64,000 nt of DNA from an uncultured Klebsiella sp. (GTDB taxonomy: Bacteria > Verrucomicrobiota > Verrucomicrobiia > Limisphaerales > SXTU01), in NCBI GenBank assembly GCA_964478755.1, contig CAYZJP010000002.1, positions 9,984-73,983 of the forward strand, written 5' to 3'. Shown here piece by piece: positions 9,067-21,115 of this stretch. The notes under the pieces were generated by a model. The model was not told where the DNA came from, made no database searches, and saw only the letters and a program-made list of their open reading frames with translations. The position numbers were made by a program, and so were the translations under genes. Numbering within the stretch: the first letter of the stretch is position 1; every line of letters starts with the position of its first letter.

Positions 9067-11496
9067 ATGAGAACATTCCTCGCCGCCCTCTCGTTCGCGC
9101 TGCCGCTCTCCGCGCTCGCCGCACCGTCCCTCGTTGACGTTCGTGTCTTGCCGCCCGACATCAATTTGTCTTCGAAGGTGGATTTCCAGACCGTCGTCGT
9201 GCAGGCCGTTTATTCGGACAGCACCACGCGCGACGTGACGGGCCTGGCGCAGTTCGCACTCGCGGACAAAACCTTCGCCCGCTTCGACAAGGCCGCCGTG
9301 TATCCGGTCGCCGATGGCAGGACTGAGTTACAGGTGAAGTTCGAGGGCAAGACCCTCGCGCTCCCGGTCAAGGTGGAGAAGTCCGGTTTCACCCCCGCCA
9401 TCAGCTTCACGCTTGATGTGATGCCGGTCTTCAGCAAGGCCGGCTGCAACACCGGCTCGTGCCACGGCTCGGCGCGCGGCAAGGACGGCTTCCACCTCTC
9501 GCTCTTCGGCTACGACCCTGACGGTGACTACGGCAAGATCACCCGCCAGATGATGGGCCGCCGCATCAACCTCGCGCTGCCCGACGAAAGCCTTCTGCTT
9601 ACCAAGGCCATCGGTGCCGTGCAGCACACCGGCGGCAAGTCCTTCGAGGCGACCGACGAGCTTTATCAGACGGTTTTGAAGTGGATCGAGGCCGGCGCGC
9701 CCCAGGATCCGAAGGACATCGCGACGGTCACGGGCATTGAAATCTTTCCTAAGCAGGCCGTGCTCGAAGGCTCCGGCGCGACACAGCAGTTCACCGTCCG
9801 CGCGAAGTATTCCGATGGCACCGACCGCGACGTGACGAAGACCGCCTTTTATGTGAGCAACAATGACGTGAGCGCGAAGGTGACCAAGACCGGCCTGGTC
9901 ACCGCCGACAAGCGCGGCGAGGCGTTCGTCATGGCGCGCTTCGATGCCTTCACCGTGGGCGCGCAGATTCTGGCGATTCCGAAGGATCCCAGCTTCGCGT
10001 TCCCGCAGGTCGCCGAGCTGAACTACATTGACACGCTCGTTCACAACAAGCTGAGGAAGATCCGCATCACCCCCAGCGACGTGGCCGACGACGCGACCTT
10101 CCTGCGCCGCGTGACGCTCGACATCACCGGCACGATGCCGGCACCCGAGGAGGTCCGCTCCTTCCTCGCGGACAAGGACGCGAAGAAGCGCGAGAAGAAG
10201 GTGGACGAACTGCTTGAACGCCCGGAATTCACCGAGCTGTGGGTGATGAAGTTTGCCGAGCTGCTGCAAATCCGCACCGACAACAACCAGTTCCAATACA
10301 AGTCCGCGCTCCAGTATTACGACTGGCTCAAGGACCAGTTCGCCCGGAACGTCCCGATGGACAAGCTCACGCAGGACTTGCTCACGGCCAAGGGCGGCAC
10401 CTTCGCCAATCCCGCCGCGAACTTCTACAAGGTTGAGACCGATGTGCTGAAGCTTTCCGAGAACGTCGCGCAGGTCTTCATGGGCATGCGGATGCAGTGC
10501 GCGCAGTGCCACAACCATCCGTTCGACCGCTGGACGATGAATGATTACTATGGCTTCGCCGCGTTCTTCGCGCAGGTGGGCCGCAAGACCGGCGAGGACC
10601 AGCGCGAGACCGTCGTTTACAACCGCGGCAGCGGCGGGGTCCGCCATCCGGTCGGCAATCGTGACATCCCGCCGAAGTTCCTCGGCGCGGACGGCGGCAC
10701 TCCTGCGGAAGGCCAGGACCGGCGCGAGGTGATGGCCAAGTGGCTCGCCTCGCCGCAGAACCCGTTCTTCGCGCGCAACCTCGCCAACATCGTCTGGGCG
10801 CATTTCTTCGGCCAGGGCATCGTTGATCCGGTGGACGACGTGCGCATCAGCAATCCGGCGTCGAATCCCGAGCTGCTGGAGGAGCTGGGCAAGCGCTTCA
10901 CCGAGTCGAACTACAACTTCAAGAAGCTCGTGCGCGACATCTGCGCCAGCCGCACTTACCAGCTCACGCCCAAGTCCAACGCCACGAACGCAGAGGACAC
11001 GCGCAATTTTGCCAAGGGATCCATCCGCCGTCTGCGCGCCGAGGTGCTCCTCGACGCCATCACCCAGGTGACCGCGACGAAGAACAAATTCCGTGGCCTG
11101 CCGGAAGGCTCGCGCGCCGTCGAAATCGTGGATGGTCGCACCACCACCTACTTTCTCACCACGTTCGGACGTGCCAGCCGCGACACGGTCTGCGCCTGCG
11201 AGGTGAAGATGGAGCCGAACCTCTCGCAGGCGCTCCACCTGCTCAACGGCGACACGGTCAACCAGAAGATTCAGGCCGGCGGCCTGGTCAACGCGATGAC
11301 GAAGGAGGGCAAGACCCCCGAACAGATCATCGAGGAGTTCTACTGGCGCAGCCTGTCCCGGCCACCGACGGAGAGCGAGCAGACCAAGCTGGTCGCCTAC
11401 CTCGCCGACACGAAAACGCCCGGCGAGAAGGCCACCGTCCTCAACGACATCTTCTGGGCCGTCCTGAACTCGAAGGAATTCATCTTCAATCACTGA
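9067..11496 (+). CDS. Ig-like (BIG2) + DUF1549 + DUF1553 protein
   Basis: Signal peptide, GCNTGSCHG, FLRRVTLDITG, CAQCHNHPFDRW, QALHLLNG, LNSKEFIFNH. Confidence 0.85.
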   Translation: MRTFLAALSFALPLSALAAPSLVDVRVLPPDINLSSKVDFQTVVVQAVYSDSTTRDVTGLAQFALADKTFARFDKAAVYPVADGRTELQVKFEGKTLALPVKVEKSGFTPAISFTLDVMPVFSKAGCNTGSCHGSARGKDGFHLSLFGYDPDGDYGKITRQMMGRRINLALPDESLLLTKAIGAVQHTGGKSFEATDELYQTVLKWIEAGAPQDPKDIATVTGIEIFPKQAVLEGSGATQQFTVRAKYSDGTDRDVTKTAFYVSNNDVSAKVTKTGLVTADKRGEAFVMARFDAFTVGAQILAIPKDPSFAFPQVAELNYIDTLVHNKLRKIRITPSDVADDATFLRRVTLDITGTMPAPEEVRSFLADKDAKKREKKVDELLERPEFTELWVMKFAELLQIRTDNNQFQYKSALQYYDWLKDQFARNVPMDKLTQDLLTAKGGTFANPAANFYKVETDVLKLSENVAQVFMGMRMQCAQCHNHPFDRWTMNDYYGFAAFFAQVGRKTGEDQRETVVYNRGSGGVRHPVGNRDIPPKFLGADGGTPAEGQDRREVMAKWLASPQNPFFARNLANIVWAHFFGQGIVDPVDDVRISNPASNPELLEELGKRFTESNYNFKKLVRDICASRTYQLTPKSNATNAEDTRNFAKGSIRRLRAEVLLDAITQVTATKNKFRGLPEGSRAVEIVDGRTTTYFLTTFGRASRDTVCACEVKMEPNLSQALHLLNGDTVNQKIQAGGLVNAMTKEGKTPEQIIEEFYWRSLSRPPTESEQTKLVAYLADTKTPGEKATVLNDIFWAVLNSKEFIFNH

Positions 11497-11537
11497 TGCT
11501 GCTCGCGCGCGAGAGCGCGCCCACACTTTCCATCGCC

Positions 11538-13547
11538 ATGAAGTCCCTTTCGTTTCTCCTGAGTGTACGTGCCCCGGTCCTGGCTGGTGCGTCGTCGTAC
11601 GCGCAACAGCTCACCTACCACGAGCACATCCTCCCAGTCGTCAAGAATCAGTGCCTCAAATGTCACAACGCCGACAAGCCGAAGGCCGCCCTCGATCTCT
11701 CGACCTTCGGCGGCACGATGAAGGGCGGCAGCTCCGGCCTCATTGTCACCGGCGGCGACCCGGACGGCTCCCCGCTCTACAAGAGCGTCACGCACGCCGC
11801 CGAGCCGACGATGCCCCCGAAGAGCAAGCTCCCGGACAAGGAAATCGAACTCATCAAGAAATGGATCGCCGGCGGCCTGCTCGAAAACTCCGGCAGCAAG
11901 GCCATTGCCTCGAACCGGCCCAAGATTGACTTGAGCCTCACTGCCGCCGCGTTCGGCAAGCCCGAGGGTGCGCCGCCGATGCCCGGCGATCTGCTCTTGG
12001 AGCCCGTCATCCACACCGCGCGCACCAGCGCGAGCACGGCGCTGGCCGCCAGCCCGTGGGCGCCGCTCGTCGCGATGGGCGGGCAGAAACAAGTGCTGCT
12101 CTACAACACCGACACGCTGCAACTCGCCGGTGTTTTCCCCTTCCCCGAGGGTTTTCCCCACGACGTGAAGTTCAGCCGCAACGGCAAGCTGCTTCTCGCG
12201 GGCGGCGGGCGCGACGCGAACAAGGGCCTCGTCGCCGTCTGGGACATCACCACCGGCGAACGCATCCTGACGGCAGGCGACGAACTCGATGTCCCGCTCG
12301 CGGCGGACATTTCCTCGAACCAAAAGTGGATTGCGCTCGGCGGCCCGGACCGTCTGGTGAAGATTTTTTCGACCGCCACGGGCGAGCAGTTGCACAAGAT
12401 GAAGAAGCACACCGACTGGGTGACGGCGCTTGAGTTCAATCACGACAGCACCTACCTGGCGACGGGCGACCGCAACGGCGGCGTGGTTGTCTGGGACGCG
12501 GAGGCGGGCCAGGAAGAGCAGAGCTTCACCGGCCACAAGGGGGCCATCACCGCCGTCGCGTGGCGCACGCCTGACTTGCTCGTGACCGCGAGCGAGGACG
12601 GCACGGTGAAGACCTGGAGTGTGAAGGAAGGCACCCAGGCCAAGTCGGTCAACGCCCACAACAGCGTGGTGAGCGTCCGCCTCAACGTGGACGGCCTCAT
12701 GGTCACGGCGGGCCGCGACAAGACCATCTCGACTTGGGACAAGGACGGCAACAAGGCGAAGACTTTTACCATCACCAACGATCTCCCCGTGCGCGCCACG
12801 CTCACGCACGACGGCAAGCGCGTCATCGCGACGGATTGGACGGGCCGCGTTTATGCGTGGGATGCCGTGGACGGACGCGAGCTGTCCGGCCTTTCACTGA
12901 ACCCGCCGCCGATTGCGGAACAGCAGCAGGCCGTCGCGAAACGCATCACCGATCTTGAGGTGGAGCTGCCCAAGCTTCAGGCCAGGCTCGCCGAGGCCAC
13001 GGCGGCCACGGCCAAGGCCGCGGCGGATCGCGACGCCGCGAAGGACGCCAACGCCAAAAAGCCGCTCAACCTCGCCGCCGAGGTTGCTGCGAAGAAACAG
13101 GAAGAGGCCAAGGCGTCCATTGAGAACGCCGAGTCCGAGTTGAAGATTGCGAAGGCCAGCGTGGACCGCTTGAAGCTCGGTGCCGTTTACGCGCAGGTGT
13201 GGAAGGCGAAGGGGGATTTGGCCGCGCACAAGGACGAGCAGAAGCGCCTCCTCGCCGAGGCGGAGTCCGCCAAGGGCGCGATCACCCAGGCCGAGGCGGA
13301 CATCAAGGCCGCCAAGAAGACCAAGACCACCACCAAGGAGGAAAAGGACAAGCTCGCCAAGCGCATCAAGGATTTGGAGGCGAGCATCAAGGACAACAAG
13401 AAGCTGGCGTCCACCTCGAAAGCCGCCGCCGACAAATTGACCAAGCCGCTCGCCGCCGAGGAGAAGAAACTCCAGGCCATGACGGCCGACTACCAGAAGC
13501 AGAAGGCCGCCTCGGCCTCCGCCCCCGTGAAGTCCGCCAAGCTCTGA
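11538..13547 (+). CDS. Planctomycete cytochrome c domain + WD40 repeats + Lys/Ala-rich coiled-coil tail
   Basis: CLKCH heme motif, MPPKSKL, HTDWVTALEF and GHKGAITAVAW WD repeats; start at ATG 11538. Confidence 0.85.
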   Translation: MKSLSFLLSVRAPVLAGASSYAQQLTYHEHILPVVKNQCLKCHNADKPKAALDLSTFGGTMKGGSSGLIVTGGDPDGSPLYKSVTHAAEPTMPPKSKLPDKEIELIKKWIAGGLLENSGSKAIASNRPKIDLSLTAAAFGKPEGAPPMPGDLLLEPVIHTARTSASTALAASPWAPLVAMGGQKQVLLYNTDTLQLAGVFPFPEGFPHDVKFSRNGKLLLAGGGRDANKGLVAVWDITTGERILTAGDELDVPLAADISSNQKWIALGGPDRLVKIFSTATGEQLHKMKKHTDWVTALEFNHDSTYLATGDRNGGVVVWDAEAGQEEQSFTGHKGAITAVAWRTPDLLVTASEDGTVKTWSVKEGTQAKSVNAHNSVVSVRLNVDGLMVTAGRDKTISTWDKDGNKAKTFTITNDLPVRATLTHDGKRVIATDWTGRVYAWDAVDGRELSGLSLNPPPIAEQQQAVAKRITDLEVELPKLQARLAEATAATAKAAADRDAAKDANAKKPLNLAAEVAAKKQEEAKASIENAESELKIAKASVDRLKLGAVYAQVWKAKGDLAAHKDEQKRLLAEAESAKGAITQAEADIKAAKKTKTTTKEEKDKLAKRIKDLEASIKDNKKLASTSKAAADKLTKPLAAEEKKLQAMTADYQKQKAASASAPVKSAKL

Positions 13548-13576
13548 CCGGTTCGCCTGTCATCAGGCTGCCTGGC

Positions 13577-13897
13577 CTACTTCTTCGGCTCCCTGGCCTT
13601 CTCCGCTGCGAGCTTTTTCTCCGCCGCGTCTATCAGCTTGAGATACTTCGCCGGGTCTTTCGCGAAGTCCTTCTTGCACCCCTCGCAGCAGACGATGATT
13701 TCACGGCCTTGGTAGATGATGACGGGATCGCCCGGGTCCAGCTTCTCGTCGCTCACGAGGCACATCTTGAGCAGATACGGCCGGGGCTTGGCGGCCTTCG
13801 GGTCGGTGGCTTTGGGGTCCGTCGCCTTCCCATCGGCGGCGATGGTGCCGGTGGCAAGGCCAAGGGCGAGCCACAACAGCGCGCAGAGAACTTTCAC
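13577..13897 (-). CDS. Small secreted YHS/TRASH-like metal-binding protein
   Basis: GTG start, signal peptide, CLVSDEKL...YQGREIIVCCEGCKKDFAKDPAKY pattern. Confidence 0.65.
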   Translation of the reverse strand: MKVLCALLWLALGLATGTIAADGKATDPKATDPKAAKPRPYLLKMCLVSDEKLDPGDPVIIYQGREIIVCCEGCKKDFAKDPAKYLKLIDAAEKKLAAEKAREPKK

Positions 13898-14062
13898 GCC
13901 GCACCGTAACGCGTCGGGCGGCGCAACGCCAGCGCCACACCGCCCGCACCCCTCAACCGGCTTGCCGCCACCTCCTCCCCTCGCTCCACAAAAAGAGAGG
14001 GCTAGGGAATCCACGCCAGTCTTTCACTCGTCGCGAACGAAGATTGGGCGGTCAACGCGGCG

Positions 14063-17125
<3,063 letters not shown>

Positions 17126-17142
17126 ATTCAAAACAGGGCGCG

Positions 17143-17171
17143 ACGCTACGGGATGGACGGGGGTGCGTCAA
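17143..17171 (-). promoter_or_regulatory. sigma70 promoter of secA (TTGACG-N17-TAGCGT)
   Basis: Near-consensus hexamers with 17-nt spacer, 17 nt upstream of the ATG. Confidence 0.6.
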
Positions 17172-17238
17172 AGGGGAAGAAAGCGGGAGAGGCAGGATGG
17201 GCGCAGCTCACTTTCTTGCAAGCGGCAGTTCCGTCTCT

Positions 17239-17448
17239 GCAAGCCGGAGGCTTGCCAGCCATTAGCCGGGGGTTGAGCGTCAGCGATACCCCCGGTCAAC
17301 GGGCCGGGCGCAGCACCGCGTGAGCGGTGCCAGAGCGACTGCGGCGGCCGCTGCGACGCCTTCGGCGTCGTTGACTTCTCGCCGTAGTCCGGGGGTATCG
17401 TCGCTAGGCTCCTCAACCTCCGGCTAATGGCTGGCATCGCTCCGCGAT
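17239..17448. repeat. REP-doublet (REPIN)-like long inverted-repeat element
   Basis: Arms TGCCAGCCATTAGCCGGGGGTTGAG and CTCAACCTCCGGCTAATGGCTGGCA, inner arms CGATACCCCCGG/CCGGGGGTATCG, a GGA-loop mini-hairpin at each end, internal GTGA- and TTCG-loop hairpins. Confidence 0.75.
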
Positions 17449-17591
17449 GTTTCCGACGACCGTCGGCCGGTTGCAATAAAGTGAGATGCGCCCAGGCAGG
17501 ACTAAGATTACGATCAACAGCAAACGCCCGTTCGGCCGTTCTCAATCTTGGCCGTAATCTTTCTCTTGCTCTTAATCCCCGCCCGTGTCGC

Positions 17592-18191
17592 TCAAGGCAG
17601 CTCTTTGATTTGGATGTGCCGATACTCCATCTGCCCGCGGTCGGCTTCGAGGCCGATGGGGCCGGTGGGCGGGAGCTTGAACGCGGCTTCGAGCACTTCG
17701 CCGTTGCAGGTGCAATGGGCGACGTTGTCCTTCACGACGACTTCGATGACGTTCCAATCCTGCGCCTTGTATTTCTTCAACTCCTTGTAGGGGCCGGCGA
17801 CGAGATAGTCGCGGCATTGGAGCTGTGGCTTGCGGAGGAAGATGCCGCTGTCCGCATTCACTGCGGCGCGGAATTCCAGCTTGAGGATGAAGTCCTTGGG
17901 AAACTCCTTCGCGGTCCAGAACTGGCGGAGGCGCGGGCCTTTGCCTTCGACGAACGGATTGACCACGAGGATTTCGCCCTTCGCCGAGTAACGACCGTCG
18001 GTGGCCTCGGACTTGCCATCGAGCGTCTCGGTGGGCTTCATTTCCTTGTCGCGATAGCTCCAACCGGTGAGGTCTTTGCTGTTGTAGAGGCTGATGAAGC
18101 CCGGCTCGGGCTTCCACGCGTCAGCGGCGTAGGAAGTCGCGGTGGCAAGGCAGAAGGCGGCAGTGAGGTTGAGGATGGCGTTGCGTTTCAT
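17592..18191 (-). CDS. DUF1080 (3-keto-disaccharide hydrolase-like) secreted protein
   Basis: Signal peptide MKRNAILNL..., SLYNSKDLTGW, DFILKLEFR, DSGIFLR, DWNVIEV, GPIGLE, YRHIQIKEL. Confidence 0.85.
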   Translation of the reverse strand: MKRNAILNLTAAFCLATATSYAADAWKPEPGFISLYNSKDLTGWSYRDKEMKPTETLDGKSEATDGRYSAKGEILVVNPFVEGKGPRLRQFWTAKEFPKDFILKLEFRAAVNADSGIFLRKPQLQCRDYLVAGPYKELKKYKAQDWNVIEVVVKDNVAHCTCNGEVLEAAFKLPPTGPIGLEADRGQMEYRHIQIKELP

Positions 18192-18268
18192 GGTGAGTGT
18201 GGTCGTGGACACGCGGCGGATTAAAGGGACAAAGCCGCTGTCCGGCAAGCCCCGCTTGGCCCATCGAA

Positions 18269-18835
18269 TCAACCTAGCACCAGCCTGCGCTCTGCTGCGG
18301 AAAGTTCCTTCCATGCTGCGGCCTTCAAGTCTCCGAGCAGAAACCTGCCAATACGCACGCGCACCAGCCGCAGCGTCGGATGCCCGATGGCTGCCGTCAT
18401 GCGCCGCACCTGACGATTCTTGCCCTCGACCAGTTCCAGCGACAGCCAACAGTCCGGCACGTTCTTGCGGACGCGGATGGGCGGATCGCGCGGCGGCATC
18501 TGCGGCTGCGGGTCGAGCATCCGCGCGCGGCAGGGCAGGGTGCGGTGGCCTTGAATGACGAGGCCGGCCGCGAGTTTTGCAACGGCATCTGCGGAAGGGA
18601 TTCGCTCCACCTGCACCCAATACTCGCGCTCGTGCGCATTGCGTGGCTGGAGCAACCGCTGGTTCAACTCCGCTTCGTCACTGAGAAGCAGCAAGCCCTC
18701 CGAGTCCGCGTCCAGCCGGCCAATCGGATACACGCGCGGCGGAAAGCCAAAGTCCGCGAGCGTGCGGAATTTTGAACCCGGTTCCGGCGTGAACTGCGAC
18801 AGCACGCCGTAGGGTTTGTGGAACGCGAGCAGCAC
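18269..18835 (-). CDS. rluE: 23S rRNA pseudouridine synthase, RluE-like
   Basis: FHKPYGVLSQF, GRLDADSEGLLLL (catalytic Asp), EGKNRQVRRMTAAIGHPTLRLVR. Confidence 0.85.
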   Translation of the reverse strand: MLLAFHKPYGVLSQFTPEPGSKFRTLADFGFPPRVYPIGRLDADSEGLLLLSDEAELNQRLLQPRNAHEREYWVQVERIPSADAVAKLAAGLVIQGHRTLPCRARMLDPQPQMPPRDPPIRVRKNVPDCWLSLELVEGKNRQVRRMTAAIGHPTLRLVRVRIGRFLLGDLKAAAWKELSAAERRLVLG

Positions 18836-18840
18836 GGAAT

Positions 18841-20229
18841 TCAGAGGCGGGCTGCCGTCTTCGCCGGCTCCTTGCCGTGTTTGATGTGCGGCCAGAAAAC
18901 TTCCCAATCGAATGGCCGGCTGAACTCGCCGTGATGGCACTTGCGGCAGTCGCCGGCGCCGAGCGGACGGAATTTGAACGTGACGGGCGTGCCTGCGCGA
19001 AGCTGCTCGACGTGCAGGCTTCCGGGGCCGTGGCAGCTTTCGCAGCCGACGTCGGCGAGCTTTTTCCCAGTGAACTCGCGACGATAACCAGACGCGCTGC
19101 CGAAGCCGACGGTGTGGCAGCCGATGCAGTTCGGGTCCGCGTCGGCCTTGCTTTGAACGAGCGAAGCGAACGCTTCCGCGTGGCCGGACTTCTTCCAGAT
19201 GTCCGTCGCGGACTGATGACACTTCACGCACGACTCCGTCCCGGCGAACGCCGCAGCAGCGCGGACACCAGGGATGCTGTTCGCTTCCATGTGTCGCGGG
19301 TCGTCCGCCGTCAGGCGCGTCGTGCGAACCTCGTCGCGATACTCATTTGCCAGCGCCGCGACGGAGTCGTCCTGCGGGATGTCCTCGCGCATGAGACGGA
19401 TTTCGTGAGCCACGTCGGTGAGCTTCACGCGGCCCGCCAGACGCGCCCGGAGAATGCCCAGCGCACGCGACTCGTTCGTGACGTGCAAAATCACCGCCCG
19501 ATTCTCGCGTTCCAACTTCTGTGACGGCTGGCTGACCTTGCCGCCGAGCACCACGTCCAGCTCGTAAAACTCACGGGCCAGCGCGGCGAGCGTGGCTTCG
19601 TCAGTGAAAGCCAGCAGCACCACGAGGTCGGCCTTCGCGCGCACTTCTGGCAACAGCCGGGCCAGCGCGATTTCCATCTTCTCGACGACCAGACCTTCGC
19701 CAAGAGTATCGCCGAGGCCGCGCGGGTCGAGCACGCCAACAAGCGCGAAGGTCCATGAGCCGCGCTTGACCAGACGATACGCATCGAAGAGCGGCACGCG
19801 GGTATGCGCGTCCAGTAGGTTCGCGCTGAGTAGCGGAACGGGCGATTCCTTGCGCGCCTGCCGAAGCTGTGCCGCCGAGAGCTGCGCCTCGCGATGACCG
19901 AGGTTGAGCGCGTCGAACCGCATCAGCCCGTAGGCGCGGAGGAGATACTTGTATTGGATGAACTCGAAATCCTCCTTCCCCGCGATCGCGTCACCCACGT
20001 CCACACGCAAGTTGTCGGGCGAAGTGTCCGCGTCCAATACGGTCTTGAGGCGCGTGAGGCCGCCATACTGCCCCGTGAAGCAACCGCACGGCACGAGCCG
20101 CCCGCGGGTGTCGCAGGTGACGTAGATGGAAAGGTCCGTGGTGGTGGGAAGACCGGGCTTCTTCTGGCAGGCGGTAAAGAGCGCGAGGACCAGCGTGACC
20201 GCCGCGAGCGAGATTGGCCGTGGATTCAT
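18841..20229 (-). CDS. Lipoprotein: degenerate 5'-nucleotidase/metallophosphoesterase-like domain fused to a tetraheme cytochrome c (c554-like)
   Basis: Lipobox LFTAC; CDTRGRLVPCGC, VDVGD, LGHRE; four CxxCH motifs (CVKCH, CIGCH, CESCH, CRKCH). Confidence 0.8.
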   Translation of the reverse strand: MNPRPISLAAVTLVLALFTACQKKPGLPTTTDLSIYVTCDTRGRLVPCGCFTGQYGGLTRLKTVLDADTSPDNLRVDVGDAIAGKEDFEFIQYKYLLRAYGLMRFDALNLGHREAQLSAAQLRQARKESPVPLLSANLLDAHTRVPLFDAYRLVKRGSWTFALVGVLDPRGLGDTLGEGLVVEKMEIALARLLPEVRAKADLVVLLAFTDEATLAALAREFYELDVVLGGKVSQPSQKLERENRAVILHVTNESRALGILRARLAGRVKLTDVAHEIRLMREDIPQDDSVAALANEYRDEVRTTRLTADDPRHMEANSIPGVRAAAAFAGTESCVKCHQSATDIWKKSGHAEAFASLVQSKADADPNCIGCHTVGFGSASGYRREFTGKKLADVGCESCHGPGSLHVEQLRAGTPVTFKFRPLGAGDCRKCHHGEFSRPFDWEVFWPHIKHGKEPAKTAARL

Positions 20230-20247
20230 GTGCGCTCCCGACGCGGC

Positions 20248-20898
20248 CTAGTAGAGCAGCGCGTAAGTAAAGACGTTCACGTTCACCCGCGCGGAGTCGT
20301 TGATCTGGTTGCCGCCGCAGCAGCAGCAGCCCTTCGCGTTGGCCACGTCGTTGAGGCCCTCGGCCGAGTAAATGACGGAGAGCCGCCCGTTGATTTCGAG
20401 GCCGTCGAGCAGCGCGACCTTCCCGTTCTTGCAGGTCAGGCGCGAGATGGTGTTCACCACACTGAACACAGGATGAGTCATGGGCAGCTTCCGCAACTCC
20501 AACTCAGGGAAGCAGAGTTTCAATTCCTTGCGGAACGCGCGGTCCCAGTTCGGTTCGGAGCAACTCGGGCTGGCGAGCAGAAAGCCGCCCTGCTGGAGAT
20601 AGCGGCGCAGGTTCGCGCGCTCGCGGTCGGTGAGCGTGAAGTTGCCTTCGCCCGACACCGCGCAGAAGGGGAAGTCGAAGAGCTTGTCGGAGTCGAGGTG
20701 CACGGGGACGAAGTTCCGGGCGACGTTGAGCTTCGTGTCACGCGCGACGTCGGCGAGGAATTTGTCTGCGAAGCAGACGGAGCTTTTGTTGCCGCCGTAG
20801 GTGAGGTTGCCGCACTGAAGCTGCGTCAGGTCCGGCCCGGCGGCGGACAACAGGCCGGCAGAACCGGCGAGGGCGATGGCTAGCAGAAAGGCTTTCAT
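20248..20898 (-). CDS. DUF4159 family secreted protein
   Basis: Signal peptide, FPFCAVSGEGNFTLTDRERANLRRYLQQGGFLLA, LPMTHPVF, GLEINGRL; C-terminal GCCCCGGN. Confidence 0.8.
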   Translation of the reverse strand: MKAFLLAIALAGSAGLLSAAGPDLTQLQCGNLTYGGNKSSVCFADKFLADVARDTKLNVARNFVPVHLDSDKLFDFPFCAVSGEGNFTLTDRERANLRRYLQQGGFLLASPSCSEPNWDRAFRKELKLCFPELELRKLPMTHPVFSVVNTISRLTCKNGKVALLDGLEINGRLSVIYSAEGLNDVANAKGCCCCGGNQINDSARVNVNVFTYALLY

Positions 20899-20927
20899 AT
20901 CATTGAGACTCGCACATCGGTAACGAC

Positions 20928-21076
20928 CTCTCATTAGCACCGGGCTTCAGCCCGGTGTGAACGGCTTCGGCGGCGGAAAACCGTTTCAACGGTTTTCCAC
21001 CTTTCAGCAAGCCGTTGAAACGGCTTGCCTCGACGCCGGGCCGCAACACCCGGCTGAAGCCGGGTGCTAATGAGAG
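20928..21076. repeat. Palindromic MITE/REP-like element, family A (intergenic copy)
   Basis: TIRs CTCTCATTAGCACCGGGCTTCAGCCCGGTGT and ACACCCGGCTGAAGCCGGGTGCTAATGAGAG; two internal palindromes; related copy at 35568. Confidence 0.9.
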
Positions 21077-21115
21077 GGAGAGCGCGTTGTCCATTTTCAC
21101 AAGCTTCGACAAATC

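Noticed and set aside
11538-11610. Odd signal peptide (Arg/Pro in the hydrophobic stretch) of the WD40-cytochrome gene
   Set aside because: The frame is continuous; divergence cannot be separated from base errors without reads.
13950-14010. Possible degenerate CCCTC...GAGAGGG REP-like remnant
   Set aside because: Pairing is too weak and there is no second copy in the window.
17168-17545. 125-aa ORF and a secA-leader riboswitch interpretation
   Set aside because: The ORF is a translation of the inverted-repeat element, and the secA promoter lies between the element and the gene.
18841-20229. Selenoprotein
   Set aside because: The CxC position is encoded as Cys and there is no in-frame TGA.
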